NCBI GenBank assembly: GCA_951406725.2
Contig: OX597814.1
Span: 166,594,001-166,658,000 of the forward strand
DNA length: 64,000 bases
Origin: Octopus vulgaris
Lineage: Eukaryota
Direction: 5' to 3'
Shown here piece after piece: positions 1 to 12,509 of this stretch. Position 1 is the first letter of the stretch; each line of letters opens with the position of its first letter. A program made the translations under genes and the position numbers. A model generated the notes under the pieces. The model was not told the origin of the DNA. It searched no databases and worked only from the letters and a program-made list of their open reading frames with translations.

Positions 1-324
1 AGTAAAATTGCTGTCTTCCACACATACAAGCTTCTCCTTTCAGGTGCCGGTGCCACTTAAAATGCAACTGTGTTGGTGCTGTGTTAACAGATTTCTGCCG
101 GTACTGCATAAACACACCTGTTCCAGTGGCATGTAAAAAGCACCTGGCACACTCTGTTAAGTGGTTGGCATTAGGAAGGGCATACAGCCATAGAAACCAT
201 GTCACAACAGACAGTTGGAGTTTGGACAGCTTCTTGCTAGCCAGCTCCATGTCAAACCATCCAACCCATGTCAGCATGGAGTGAAGACATTAAAAGATGA
301 TGATGATCATGATATATATATACA

Positions 325-738
325 GGCGCAGGTGTGGCTGTGGTAAGTAGCTTGCTTACCAACCACATGGTTCAGTCCCATTGCATGGCACCTTGGGCAA
401 GTGTCTTCTACTATAGCCTCAGGCCAACCAAAGCCTTGTGAGTGGATTTGGTAGATGGAAACTGAAAGAAGCCCATTGTATATATATATGTGTGTATATA
501 TATATAGAGAGATATGTATGTATGTGTGTGTACATGTTTGTGTGTCTGTGATTGTCCCCCCAACATCGCTTGACAACCGATGCTGGTGTGTATACATCCC
601 CGTCACTTAGCAGTTCGGCAGGAGAGACCGATAGAATAAGTACTAAGCTTACAAAGAATAAGTCCTGGGGTCGATTTGCTCAACTAAAGGCAGTGCTCCA
701 ACGTGGCCGCAGTCAAATGACTGAAACAAATAAAAGAA
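325..738 (+). mobile_element. tRNA-derived SINE family A (internal TA/TG microsatellite, gtaaaaga tail)
   Basis: A/B-box-like head, ccttgggcaagt motif and conserved 3' half; more than 10 copies in the window. Confidence 0.85.
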
Positions 739-1145
739 TATATATATATATATATATCCTCATCATCATTTAGCATTAACTTTTCCATGCTGGTAGGGGT
801 CAGACAGAATTTGTAAAGGCAAATTTTCTACATCTGGATGCCCTTCCTGTCAGCAACCCTCACCTACTTCCATATATGGTAATATTTCTCCATGACCAGA
901 CATGTTTACACAGAAGAATTACATAATTGTTTCTGTGCAATGATAAATCTACATTTAAAAGTTCTAGAAAATATGAAATTCACCACTGAATACTAAATAC
1001 AACAAACACAAAGGCAAAGGATGTGGACATAGGTACAAACACAACTTTCACCACCCTCACAACCAGTAGCAGATAAACCACCATAAAAACTACTACCTTC
1101 ACTCTGACCACCACCATTACTGCTATAAGAGTTACAGAAGCCACA

Positions 1146-1363
1146 TGAGGGAGTGCTGAAAAGTTCTTGGCTTTGGGTAAAAGAAAATACAAGAGTATCA
1201 GTTAATTATGATTTTTACTCAACATATTCCCCTCTTAGATTCACACATTTATTGCAGTGGTTCTTCAGTTTTTCTAAGCCATGTAAAAGAATTCGCAAGG
1301 TTGGGCCTCTGACCAGGCCTTTTGTGATACCTTTAAGGCCAGGAACTTTTCAACACCACCTCA
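1146..1363. mobile_element. Mariner-derived MITE
   Basis: TIRs tgagggagtgctgaaaagttcttggc / gccaggaacttttcaacaccacctca; partial copy at ~55693-55790. Confidence 0.7.
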
Positions 1364-1539
1364 TATCATCATCATCATCATCATCATCGTTTAACATCTG
1401 CTCTCCATGCTAGCATGGGTTGGACGATTTTGACTGAGGGTTGACGAACCAGATGGCCGCACCAGGCTCCAATCTTGATCTGGCAGAGTTTCTGCAGCTG
1501 GATGCCAGAAAGAGGAAGGAATTGAGGCTATTGAAAGAA

Positions 1540-2650
1540 CATCACCAGCTAAATTACCCCACCCCCAAGAAAAAGTTCTAAGATAAAAATTGATAAGGTA
1601 ACTAGCAATTTCAACAACCTGTAGCTACTATATACAAAACATGTTTGCGCAGACAAAGAGTGACTAGGATGGACTAACATTAGACACACCCAAAACCCTG
1701 TCAAAGCTATAATATATGGGAGCCTATTCCTGTCCATAAATCACATTGAAGTAATAAAGTTTCAACCTACAAGTATACATATGAAATGCAATACAGTGCA
1801 ATGTATCAAAAATAAAAGTAGAATCCCTGAACAACAGGTGGTAATATATACGCCTGAAGTGGACACAATGCAAACAGCTTTCTGATACCATGAAACAATG
1901 AACAGATTTCAGCAACAGAGTAACAAAAGAATTTCTTAAACTGCATTTAGAAGGTGGTGGAACAGGTGCCCTAGATACAACAGACACAAAGCCATGTACT
2001 TCAGCACACAAGGTTACTTCAACTGTTAAACCCAGGATGTTGACTCAATACACAATTTCCTTATATTAAATGAGCTATACTTTTTAAATATCTGAGGGGT
2101 TTTTCCATGACTAACTAGAGTAAATTACCTCCTGTCTATGTCTCTACCTGAAAGATCTTGTCACATGCAAGGAGGTGATATGCAGAGAACATATAGAAAC
2201 AGATCAGCTAACAAACACATCAGATGTAGAACTATACATATTAAAATATGTCTGCTTTTGTTTTGATAAGAAAGTAAGAAACTACATGGAGCTGCTATGT
2301 ATTTGCATGAAGATGTAATACCAAAAGCGGTGTTGCCACACCCAAACGCTGTTTGTGACACAAAGAAAAATTTAACATGGTTATGCAAAAAAACATAACA
2401 CTCAACACATTGCCCACAAGATACCTTAAACAACAACACAAAATTTGAGAAAAGTTTTAGACAGGAGCAGCGATAACCAGTTTGAATCAACATGCCAATG
2501 AATTCATATTGAGTGGCTTTAATATTTCAAACCTCAAGTAGACAAAAGGCTATATTCTATTGAGAAAACAACAGCATGATTGCAGGTCAGCTGTTTCTGC
2601 TTAACCTCATGGGCATGATGTCCAAATATGTTACTATATAAGAGATCCCT
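1540..2650 (+). mobile_element. Highly decayed LINE 5' part (CCCH-like ORF1 and APE-like remnant)
   Basis: CSYYIQN..THPKPCQ and KYVCFCFDKK..GAAMYLHE fragments with many disruptions. Confidence 0.35.
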
Positions 2651-2679
2651 GATGGTCAATTAATGCAAAAATGATCCAC

Positions 2680-3093
2680 AATATTTTGTTGTAGTTTGGG
2701 AGGGTCATTATGCCAATAATAAATACATGCACTGGTTCTGTTTCACTTCTGTATTATTTGTCAATTGGTTAATTATATTACCATTTAACTAGCTGATTTT
2801 TTGATTAATCATTTAGGGTTGTCAAAGTCCTTTTGCTACCATTCACAATCTGATCAATGACATTCCCTCTTTACTCATGTCTGCTTCACCTGAAGTACAG
2901 AGAGCAAACCATTGCTGAGGTTGCAAATGGTAACCTAACTGATTTACTGATTAGCTGAATGATCATAAAACAACTTATTAATAAATTGGTTAAATAGTTA
3001 ATCAATTGTCAAATAAAAAATAAAGAAGTGAAATATAACTAGTGCATGTATTTCCTATTAGCATAATGACCCTCCCAAGATACAGCAAAATAT
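2680..3093. mobile_element. MITE-like element with ~95-bp imperfect inverted repeats
   Basis: ttgggagggtcattatgccaata..tacatgcactgg / ctagtgcatgta..tattagcataatgaccctcccaa; related fragment near 13354-13480. Confidence 0.6.
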
Positions 3094-3210
3094 GCTTCAA
3101 CCCACAATTTCACATCAAGATTCTTGCAAACCAAACACAAAAATGAAAATGATCCTCAATATGACTTGCATAATATTTATTCTCTGACTATATTGTAGTC
3201 AAATTAATAT

Positions 3211-3640
3211 AGGCGTAGGAGTAGCTGTGTGGTAAGCAGCTTACTTACGAACCACATGGTTCCAGGTTCAGTCCCACTGCATGGCACCTTGGGCAAGTGT
3301 CGTCTACTATAGCCTCGGGCCAACCAAAGCCTTGTGAGTGGATTTGGTAGACGGAAACTGAAAGAAGCCCATCGTATATATATATATATATATATGTTTG
3401 TGTGTGTTTGTGTGTGTGTGTGTGTGTCTGTGTTTGTCCCCCCCCCCCCCCAACATCGCTTGACAACCGATGCTGATGTGTTTACGTCCCTGTAACTTAG
3501 CAATTTGGCAAGAGAGACCGATAGAATAAGTAGTACTAGGCTTACAAAGAATAAGTCCTGGGGTCGATTTGCTCAACTAAAAGCGGTCCTCCAGCATGGC
3601 CACAGTCAAATGATTGAAATAAGTAAAAGAGTAAAGAGTA
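3211..3640 (+). mobile_element. SINE family A
   Basis: Full-length copy. Confidence 0.85.
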
Positions 3641-3985
3641 ATGTTTTGTCCAAAGAAACTTTTGGCTCAGTACCTAACAAAAATGCACTCCAATCATTTC
3701 TAACAAATATCCACAAGGCTTAATGAAAACCAATTCAATAGAATCTTGATTCATGTATGTGACTCTAAATTCTACACACTTAAGAATGTTTCAAATACCT
3801 TTATAATTTGTATTAGGGAATAAAAAAAAACACAAAGATGCATTTAAAATTACAATAATACAAATATGTACAAGAGCAACTGTACACACACATATATGCA
3901 TATATTAATATGCATAAGCTAATAAACAATAGGTATTTATATAAATCTTAAAATACTTCTTTTTTTTTTTTTCAATGTGGAACAA

Positions 3986-3994
3986 AAAGGATAT
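3986..3994 (-). other. U12-type (AT-AC class) 5' splice site ATATCCTTT
   Basis: Exact match to the minor-spliceosome donor consensus RTATCCTTT, immediately after the RFX-like exon. Read-through gives low-complexity KYPFCSTLKKKKRSILRFI-stop, and no canonical GT donor was seen at the exon end. Confidence 0.75.
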
Positions 3995-4163
3995 TTCTTG
4001 AACTTCCCTTTCCTCTGAGCCATACTGCTCGGAAACTCTTCTCTCACAGCCTTGTTACATGCTGGTCCCCAATGAACCATTTCTGGAATGTTCAGCAGCA
4101 TACTAATTTTCTGAAGAAGTAGGTCACGTGATACATAACCTTTAGCACAGCCAACTAATAACT
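3995..4163 (-). CDS. Internal coding exon (169 nt) encoding the core of an RFX-like winged-helix domain
   Basis: Acceptor ttcacttcattattttcag| at 4164/4163, phase-compatible with the 39673 donor. Translates (E)LLVGCAKGYVSRDLLLQKISMLLNIPEMVHWGPACNKAVREEFPSSMAQRKGKFKK with no stops. NKAVREEFP..AQRKG matches the RFX pattern GKLIRSVF...RRLG. The exon ends at AA|ATATCCTTT. Confidence 0.8.
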
Positions 4164-4960
4164 CTGAAAATAATGAAGTGAAATTAATTTAAAAAACAAA
4201 AAAAAAAACTTGATAAATAGCAAAAAAAATAATGCTCTTTTCTGATTGAAATTTTAAATATTTTAATCAATAAATTAGTGCTAACATGCTATCTTAAAAA
4301 GAGAGGGTTGGCAATAATAAAGTATTCCTTCTCCCTAAGCATGTAAACTAGCTTTGAAAGATCAATTCATCATTTCTCGGAATTATCTTCCTTTACTTTG
4401 TATGTTACTTATAATAGCTGCCAGGATTTTTTCTGTCTCTCAAAGGGAAATTTCAATTATTTAGGACAGTTTTTGTTTACCATTTAACTTCTATTCACAG
4501 AGATTATTTAAACATATGCCTGATGGGTTAAATAGTAAAATAATCAAATGAGGGCACAAGAGGGTGAATTACAGAGAAGGTGCTGAGAATCATTGAAAGA
4601 AAGGATTCCTAATCATTTGGAAGCATTTACAGTTGTTTTGTAACCCCAGGCCAGCTGTGATTCAGTAAGGTTATTATAAAAGTATTCCAGCCATGACGAT
4701 CTAAAATGTCAAGCAGTGGAGAGAGAATAAACACAAAGAGACACAGATATAACCACAAATATACATGCAAACAAGGGGTGGAGGCACATGGCTTAAAAGT
4801 TAGGATGTTGGACTCATGATCGGAAGATTGTGGTTTCAGTTCTTGGAGTGGGCAATGCATTGAATTCTTAAGCAAAACACTTCATTTCACATTGCTCCTG
4901 ACCACTCAGCTGGTAAAAATGAATAATCCTGTGATATGGACTAGCATCTAATACAGGGAA

Positions 4961-5016
<56 letters not shown>

Positions 5017-5896
5017 TGGCTTGGCTTCATGAACAAATATCAGGAAGGCTGTCCACGTCGTGTGCATGCACACTCATGTCTGACAAGTCCTCTTGTGTCT
5101 CTTGTCTTTAAACGCGTCTCTTCTTTGTTCCTCAGACTCGCTGACTGCGTTGAAGATCGTGTGGAGCCAAAAAGCACCCACTACACTCACGGAGTGGTTG
5201 GGGTTAGGAAGGGCATCCAGCAGTAGAAACACTGCCAGATCAGACTAGAGCCTTACAGCCTCCTGGCTTCCCAGACCCCGGTCGAACCGCCCAACCCATG
5301 CTAGCATGGAAAGCGGACGTTAAACGATGATGATAATCATCATCATGTTACAGTATTCAATTTGGTGAATAAAATATAATTTTTTTAAAAACTATTATTA
5401 ATACAAATTTAGTCAGAAACTGTTTTTGTATTAGAGTAAACGGAAACACACACATTCATGGGCAGTGGGCCATGGTTATCCGGAATGTGGTGCTGGTACC
5501 ACCAACAGCCAGCAGTAACCAGAAATATGTAAGACAGCAAAACAATGTAAGATGGTATACATATGTATGTGTATGCAAGTATGTGTGCATATAGTTGCGT
5601 GTGTCTGCATGTGAGAGTCTGTTCTTTTATATATATGTGTGTTATCATTTGATGACACACCTACCACTTTAGCCAAAGTAGCAGAGGAATTTGAGTATGT
5701 TTTTAACTTCATAGTTGAGTGCGCAATTGTAGGAGTACATCCAAAGATGCCCCACAGAGTAAATTATATACCCCAGTTCATATGTTAATGTCAACATTTA
5801 CACAAGTTTCCACCAATTAACAATCATATATGTTCTATGTAATAAGAATAAATAAACATCAGATTGAGTGCATACATATCTGTGTATGTGTGTATG

Positions 5897-5941
<45 letters not shown>

Positions 5942-6072
5942 ATTTACTGAGACCATAAATACTAGGTTGGTATCTAGTACAAGATAACTCACCTCATGGG
6001 TAGATAGTCACTATTTTGTTCTGGCTGGCAAATTATCTAGGAGATGGAAAATTCTTACAAGAACACAACTAT

Positions 6073-6131
<59 letters not shown>

Positions 6132-6581
6132 TACATATATATAAATATGTATAGGAATGTATATGTGTATATATGTATGTATGTATATATATTATATATA
6201 TATGCATATATATATACATATGTACACATGCACACATACACACACGTACACATGCTGTTACTAGCTATATGGTTTATTTCATGGTAGTTATGAAGTTTGA
6301 TTCCGATACATAACACTACAATTTCTATATATAATAGCTATTAATAATACTAGTCATACATTGGTTAGTGTGGAGTTCCTCATTGAAAGCCACTGCAATG
6401 AGGACTCCTTGCTTGTTATATTAAGGATTTAAATTTAGGTGGCAGAAGTTCTAGGGGTTGCTTTGGTGCAGTTATCAGAATTTATGGCAGATATTCAATT
6501 CTTGTAGTTGATCATATAAACCTTTTCCATCTGATATATATACATATATACACACACACATATATACATATATATACATAT

Positions 6582-6780
6582 ATTTATTTTATAGAAGGAG
6601 CTTCTACAGGACTAGAACTGTTTCATTCAAAAGAAATCATCAGGAAGCTCTGATGATTTCTTTTGAATGAAACAGTTCTAGTCCTGTAGAAGCTCCTTCT
6701 ATAAAATAAATTAATTTACTCTGCTATGTATTGAGTACCTTATTTACTGTGGTTAACCCCGACTCAACCCGGGACCTACA
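6582..6780. mobile_element. Fold-back Penelope-like remnant in (TA)n
   Basis: Perfect inverted repeat 6582-6643 / 6650-6711 with a 6-nt loop, carrying hammerhead cores and flanked by TA/TACA microsatellite. Confidence 0.6.
6598..6650 (-). ncRNA. Type I hammerhead ribozyme motif (Penelope-like element derived)
   Basis: GAGCUUC-CUGAUGA-U UUC uuuu GAA U-GAA-ACAG uucuaguc CUGU-A|GAAGCUC: 7-bp stem I, 4-bp stem III, GUA triplet, predicted cut at 6605/6604. Lies inside a 62-bp-arm palindrome. Confidence 0.7.
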
Positions 6781-7682
6781 TATATATACATATATATATA
6801 TACATATATATATTTACATATATATATGCATATATATATACATATATACATACATACATACATACATACATACATACATACATACATACATAGTGAGAGT
6901 GAGCGGGGGAAAAAAGAGAAAGAGAGTGTAACTTTTATGTACAAATAGATGTATGATTGCTACAGTTATGTTTAGATTATCATCATCCAGTCTGCTTCTA
7001 TTATAGCAGTTAAGCAACTGCTATACAGAGCAAACATAGGTGAAATTACAATAAACACAAATTCATATTATTTGTTCCTATGCTCCAGCATGGCCACAGT
7101 CAAATGACTGAAACAAGTAAAAGAAAAAAAATATGTTTCACCATTGTAGTTATTTGTGCAATTGGTTGCTTAATATCAATGGATGACCAGGGAATACTTT
7201 ATGGCATTATGTTATAGAGAGCTAATGTCTGGAGTTGGATAGCTTTCTGGATATTTTATAAGTATTTGTGAGGGAAGTAGAGAAAGAGCTAAGAGCTTAA
7301 AAAAAAAGATAAAGAAGGATGAAGAGACAAGAGAAAGGGAGAGAGCATAAACAAAATAGAGAATAAAGAGAGGTAATATTTATCCATACTTAAATGTGGA
7401 TGTTCTGTTAGAACAAACAATACTGTGGTAAATACATGAGAGAAACTCTCATATTGGCTTTAGGTGCAAAATGTATTCTTGTTTACATTGCTAGCAGGGA
7501 GATAAATCTCCTCTACCTCCAGCACTGAGACCACCAGTCTTGACAATGATGGACACTCAACTGCTAGAGATAACAGTAACTCATCTACCTGCCAGTAATA
7601 TATAGAAAAACAGTGCCAGAACAGGAGCTGGTGTTGCAATTAGCCAGCAAGCTTGTTAAAAATATATAAGTGGCGTGTTAGG

Positions 7683-8626
7683 ATCTGTTCAATTTGGCTC
7701 ACGGATTTTTTTGAATAAATTTTTTTGAAACTCTGTATACTGGTGGAATTTCTCACACAGAACACAGTTTACTCTGAACATTTTTGACAAAATTTTGTAC
7801 TTTACAAGTTATTTCGTGTTAAAGTTGTCGTATTTGGGTAATTTTAGCCAATCAACAATGTGTATCCAGTTGAAAAAAGCTACTGCTGTTTATGATAGTA
7901 ATTGATGAGGAACAATTTCCGGGTCATCTCTACTAAATGTCACCACTCTGTTCTATTATATTTTTTGTTTACTGCCTGTGTTGCATATTTCACACCTTTT
8001 TCTTTGGTTCTCACATAGGAGTAACCAGTAAATATATAGAGCTACAGGTCCACAGCTAACTTTTATGTTGTTGACATGGATGTAGTTTCAAAATGCCTTA
8101 TTTTACAACTATGAGATGTATTATTGTTATGATTTTATCTTACTATAATCAACAACAAACACATTTCCTCAATATAAAAGTCTTTATTAGATTAAAAATA
8201 ACATTATCAAAACATGAAGGTAAAACAAATCTGCTTTGTTTTCTTCCAGGCATGCTAGTAGGGAGGAAAAGAGTAAGGAATGCAGGGTGCTGACTAGAAA
8301 GGAAGAAAGGATAAAGGTTGCATCATCTTCACTCGACATACGAATAGAACAGAGTGGTGACTTAGGAGAGTTGACCCGGAAGTTGTTCCTCTTTGATTAC
8401 TATCACAAACAGCTGTAGCTTTCTTCAACTGAATGCACATGTTGATCGGTTAAAATTACCCAAATATGACAACTTTAACATGAAATAACTTCTAAAATAC
8501 AAAATTTTGTCAAAAATGTTCAAAGTAAATGGTGTTCTGGGTAAGAAATTTCACCAGTATACAAAGTTTCAAACTGTTTAGTTAAAAAAAATTAATTAAA
8601 AAATCTGTGTGTCAAACTGAACAGAT
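7683..8626. mobile_element. Non-autonomous DNA element with ~175-bp inverted repeats
   Basis: 7683-7857 is the imperfect reverse complement of 8442-8626; no internal ORF. Confidence 0.7.
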
Positions 8627-8786
8627 AAGAAAGAAAGAAAGAAAGAAAGAATGAATGAAGGAAAGAAGGAAGGACAGAAAGAAGGGAAAGACTGATTTGG
8701 ACAACCGTAAAAAGGAGCGAACAAATAATAAAGTAACATTTAAACAAAATAATAAAGTAAAAATTGATATATATATCACCATCATT

Positions 8787-9240
8787 ATCATCATCATCAT
8801 CATTTAGCATTCGCTTTCCATGCTAGCATGGGTTGGACGGTTCAACTGGGGTCTGGGAAGCCAGAAGGCTGCATCAGGCCCAGTCTGATCTGGCAGTGTT
8901 TCTACGGCTGGATGCCCTTCCTAACACCAACCACTCCGTGAGTGTAGTGGGTGCTTTTTGGTGCCACCCGCACAGGTGCCAGACGGGTCTGGCAAACGCC
9001 CACAGACGGATGGTGCTTTTTATGTGCCACCAGCACGAGGGCCAGGTGAGGCTGGCAACGGCCACGAATGGATGGTGCATTTTACGTGCCACCGGCACGG
9101 AGGCCAGTCGGGGCGGCGCTGGCAACGGTCACAATCGGATGGTTTGCTTACTTGTCACCAGCACTGGTATCACAGCTGCAATTTCCATCGATGTTGATTA
9201 ACTTCGATTTTGGTTCTGCTTTCTGATATCTGATTTGATT
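8787..9240 (-). mobile_element. RTE-family 3' fragment
   Basis: Reverse complement of the same module. Further copies at ~60-306, 1365-1506, 5168-5345, 17920-18270, 45455-45810, 47236-47410, 54480-54835 and 63870-64000. Confidence 0.7.
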
Positions 9241-9256
9241 TGATATATATATATAT

Positions 9257-9450
9257 ATAGTTGAAAATTTACAGAAAAACAAAAAATGAAGCCAGGTGTA
9301 TAAACAATAAACAGGTGTATTAGTTAAATGCTTGGGAAGGTGAGAAAGTCTTTTACATTTCGAGCCTATGCTCTTCAACAGAAAGGAACATGAGGAAATA
9401 AACAGAGACAATAAAAAAAAATTCTGTAGCTAGCAGCCAATCATGGCAGC
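9257..9450 (-). mobile_element. Penelope-like terminal fragment, same family as 25597-25800
   Basis: Shared aaaaacaaaa..gaagacaggtgt..tattagt..aaagtcttttacgtttcgagcctacgctcttc..cagaaagg sequence; abuts (TA)n. Confidence 0.5.
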
Positions 9451-9549
9451 TGGCTGGACAATGGTAGTTAGACAGGAGAGCTAGGAAGAAGGGGAAATAT
9501 TTGGGCTTCAACGTAGCCAATGAACAGGTTCGCATAGATGGAATCCCTT

Positions 9550-9615
<66 letters not shown>

Positions 9616-10753
9616 CACACACACATGCACACACATATATAAATGAATACACCCAAGAAGGAAAGAAAGAAAGAAAGAAAAAAAGGAAGCATGGTGAGAA
9701 ACAGAGTACATAACAGAGGGAGGAGGAAGTAAGAGATTATTAAAAAAGTATTTCAAGTGGTCAATCTGTTAACTAATCCACTGAAACCAATAGAAATTGG
9801 AAAATGAATATAAACACAAATATACATAACTAAAGGAGTATGAAAAGGTCATGACCTTACACAGCATAAGTGTTCAAAGGTCAATTTGTATATTTAAAAA
9901 AGGACTAAATCTAAACACATATATTTTTAAGTATAAAACTATGGATTCATATAAACACACACCCACACAATATATATAAATATACACTCATGCACATCAT
10001 CATCATCGTTTAGCGTCCGTTTTCCATGCTAGCATGGGTTGGACAAAGCACATATGCATATATATTAGAAAGAGAGACTAGCCAGCAAGCTTGTTAAAAT
10101 ATGTAAATTAGCAACAGAGACAACATTAATACTGAGAGGTAATATTTATCCTCACTTGAACATGGATGTACTGTTTGGAACAAACTATACTGTGGAAGAT
10201 ACCATGAGAGAAACTCTCATAACGTGTGTGTCTAAGGAACACATAGGTGCCTCTCCAGTGTTACAAAAAAAAAATCATCCTGTAAAGTGGTTGTTGTTCT
10301 AAAAGGCAGCCAATCATAGAAACCAAACAAAATATGAACTATTGTGCTACCATCATCATCAGTGTTGTCCAATCGTTATTATATTCCATAAATCAACACA
10401 AATCAGAAGACTTTAGATATTCCATCAAATCAATACACTTCAATATAGGACAAATGTGAATATAAATGGCATCTGATATTATTTTCAGACTTTGAAGTTA
10501 AAAACAAAGAATTTCAGGCAAGACACGTAATGCAATATAAATAGAGAAGATAAACAGTTAAAAAAAAAACAAGGTAATAAGACAAAGCTGGAGTATACCA
10601 AGAAAAATACTTTTGGTATTAGGTGTGAAAAGTTACATCGTGTAAATTACAAATAAAAAACACGTAATTAAAAGAAATCTATTAAAAATTTAAGACCCTT
10701 TATGACTTTTGGACCACCCTGTATATGTATGTGTGTGTGTGTGTATATATATA

Positions 10754-10786
<33 letters not shown>

Positions 10787-10789
<3 letters not shown>

Positions 10790-10930
10790 GTGCAAGTTTA
10801 TAGAAAAACAAAAGACAAAGACAGGTGTATGAACAACAAACAGGTATATTAGTTTGACACATGGAAAAATGGAAAAGTCTTTTATGTTTCAAGCCTACGC
10901 TCTTCGACAGAAAGGAATAAGAGAAAATAA
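10787..10930 (-). mobile_element. Penelope-like terminal fragment, same family as 25597-25800
   Basis: Homologous to the 9257 and 25597 copies; CUGUCGA core; abuts (TA)n. Confidence 0.5.
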
Positions 10931-11219
10931 ACATCATCATCATCATCGTCATCGTTTAACATCCGGTTTGTATGCTGGCATGGGTTGGATGGTTTGACTG
11001 AGGACTGGTGAGCCAGAAGGCTGCACCAGGCTCCAATCTGATCTGGCAAAGTTTCTACAGCTGGATGCCCTTCCTAATGCCAACCACTCTGAAAGTGTAG
11101 CGGGTGCTTTTACATGCCACCGGCACGAGAGCCAGCCAGGTGGATGCTTTGAAAGATTATGACTGTGATCTCACTTTATTTGCCTATACCAGTGTCACAT
11201 AACCAGCCTATTTAAAAAG

Positions 11220-11770
11220 TACCTTTGAATTGTCAGGCAACATGCTATGCTTGAGGAGACCAACTGAGTCAAGTAAAATCAAAAATCAAAATAATAATCA
11301 GAATCTCAATCGAATCAAAATCAAAAATGGAAATTGTAGTTGTGGCCGATGTCAGTGTTTCCTGTCTGGCTCATGTGCTGGTGGCACACAATAAGCACCA
11401 TTCATGCATGGGTCATTGCCAGTGCTCCCTGACTGGCTCCCCATGCTGGTGGCGTGTAAAAGGTACCATCTGAATGTGGTCGATGCCATCACTCTGTCCC
11501 TACTGACTCCTGTGCCAATAGCACATAGAAAGTACCATTCGAACGTGGCTGATGCCAGTGCCACTTGACTGGCTCCCATGCCAGTGGCACATAAAAAGCA
11601 CCCACTACACTCTCGGAGTAGTTGGCATTAGGAAGGGCATCCAGCTGTAGAAACATTGCCAGGTTAGATTGGAGCCTGGTGCAGCCTCCTGGCTTGCCAG
11701 TCTCCTGTCAAACTGTCCAACATATGACAGCATGGAAAACAGACGTTAAACAATGATGATGGCAATGATG
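11220..11770 (+). mobile_element. RTE-family 3' fragment
   Basis: ORF-end remnant (atgctatgcttgaggagacc), tandem units and 3' module. An inverted copy lies at 10933-11150. Confidence 0.7.
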
Positions 11771-12119
11771 ACTTGTAAGTTATATATAAATGTAATTTGA
11801 CATTATATTGAACTGGGGTAGAATTGGGATAGAAAATAAGTGCAGATTCAAAATCAAAAACACAGGTTACAACAACATCAGTTTCAATGTAGAATTTCAC
11901 GTTAAGAATCTTCACAAAAATGAACTTAGCATGGTATTGTTAAAGGTGAAGTTTTATGAAAGATTCTTTTATTTTTTTTTAAACTACAATTATTCTAAAT
12001 AATAAACACACATGATATGCATAAATGATAGAGTGTAAGTGATTTGAGAGAAAAGCTGGGTATATGAGGCATCAGATGAAGCGTGCAAAAGAGAAGACTG
12101 TGTTGGTATAGCAATGTAA

Positions 12120-12506
12120 TACTCTTTACTTGTTTCAGTCATTTGACTGAGACCATGCTGGAGCACTGCTTTTAGTCGAGTAAATCGAGCCCAGGACTTA
12201 TTCCTTGTAAGCCCAGTACTTATTCTATCAGTCTCTTTTGCTGAACTGCTAAGTTATGGGGATGTAAACACACCAGCATTGGTTGTCAAGCGATGTTGGG
12301 GGGACAAACACAGACCCACAAACATACATATATATATTCATATATACGATGGGCTTCTTTCAGTTTCCATCTACCAAATCCACTCACAAGACTTTGGTCG
12401 GCCCGAGGCTATAGTAGAAGACACTTGTCCAAGGTGCCACGCAGTGGGATTGTACCCGGAACCATGTGGTTCGTAAGCAAGCTACCACACAGCCACTCCT
12501 ACACCT
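12120..12506 (-). mobile_element. SINE family A
   Basis: Full-length reverse copy. Confidence 0.85.
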
Positions 12507-12509
12507 AAT

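Noticed and set aside
1-3985. Terminal exon after the U12 intron
   Set aside because: No convincing U12 branch point with an AC acceptor and RFX-like continuation was found by eye.
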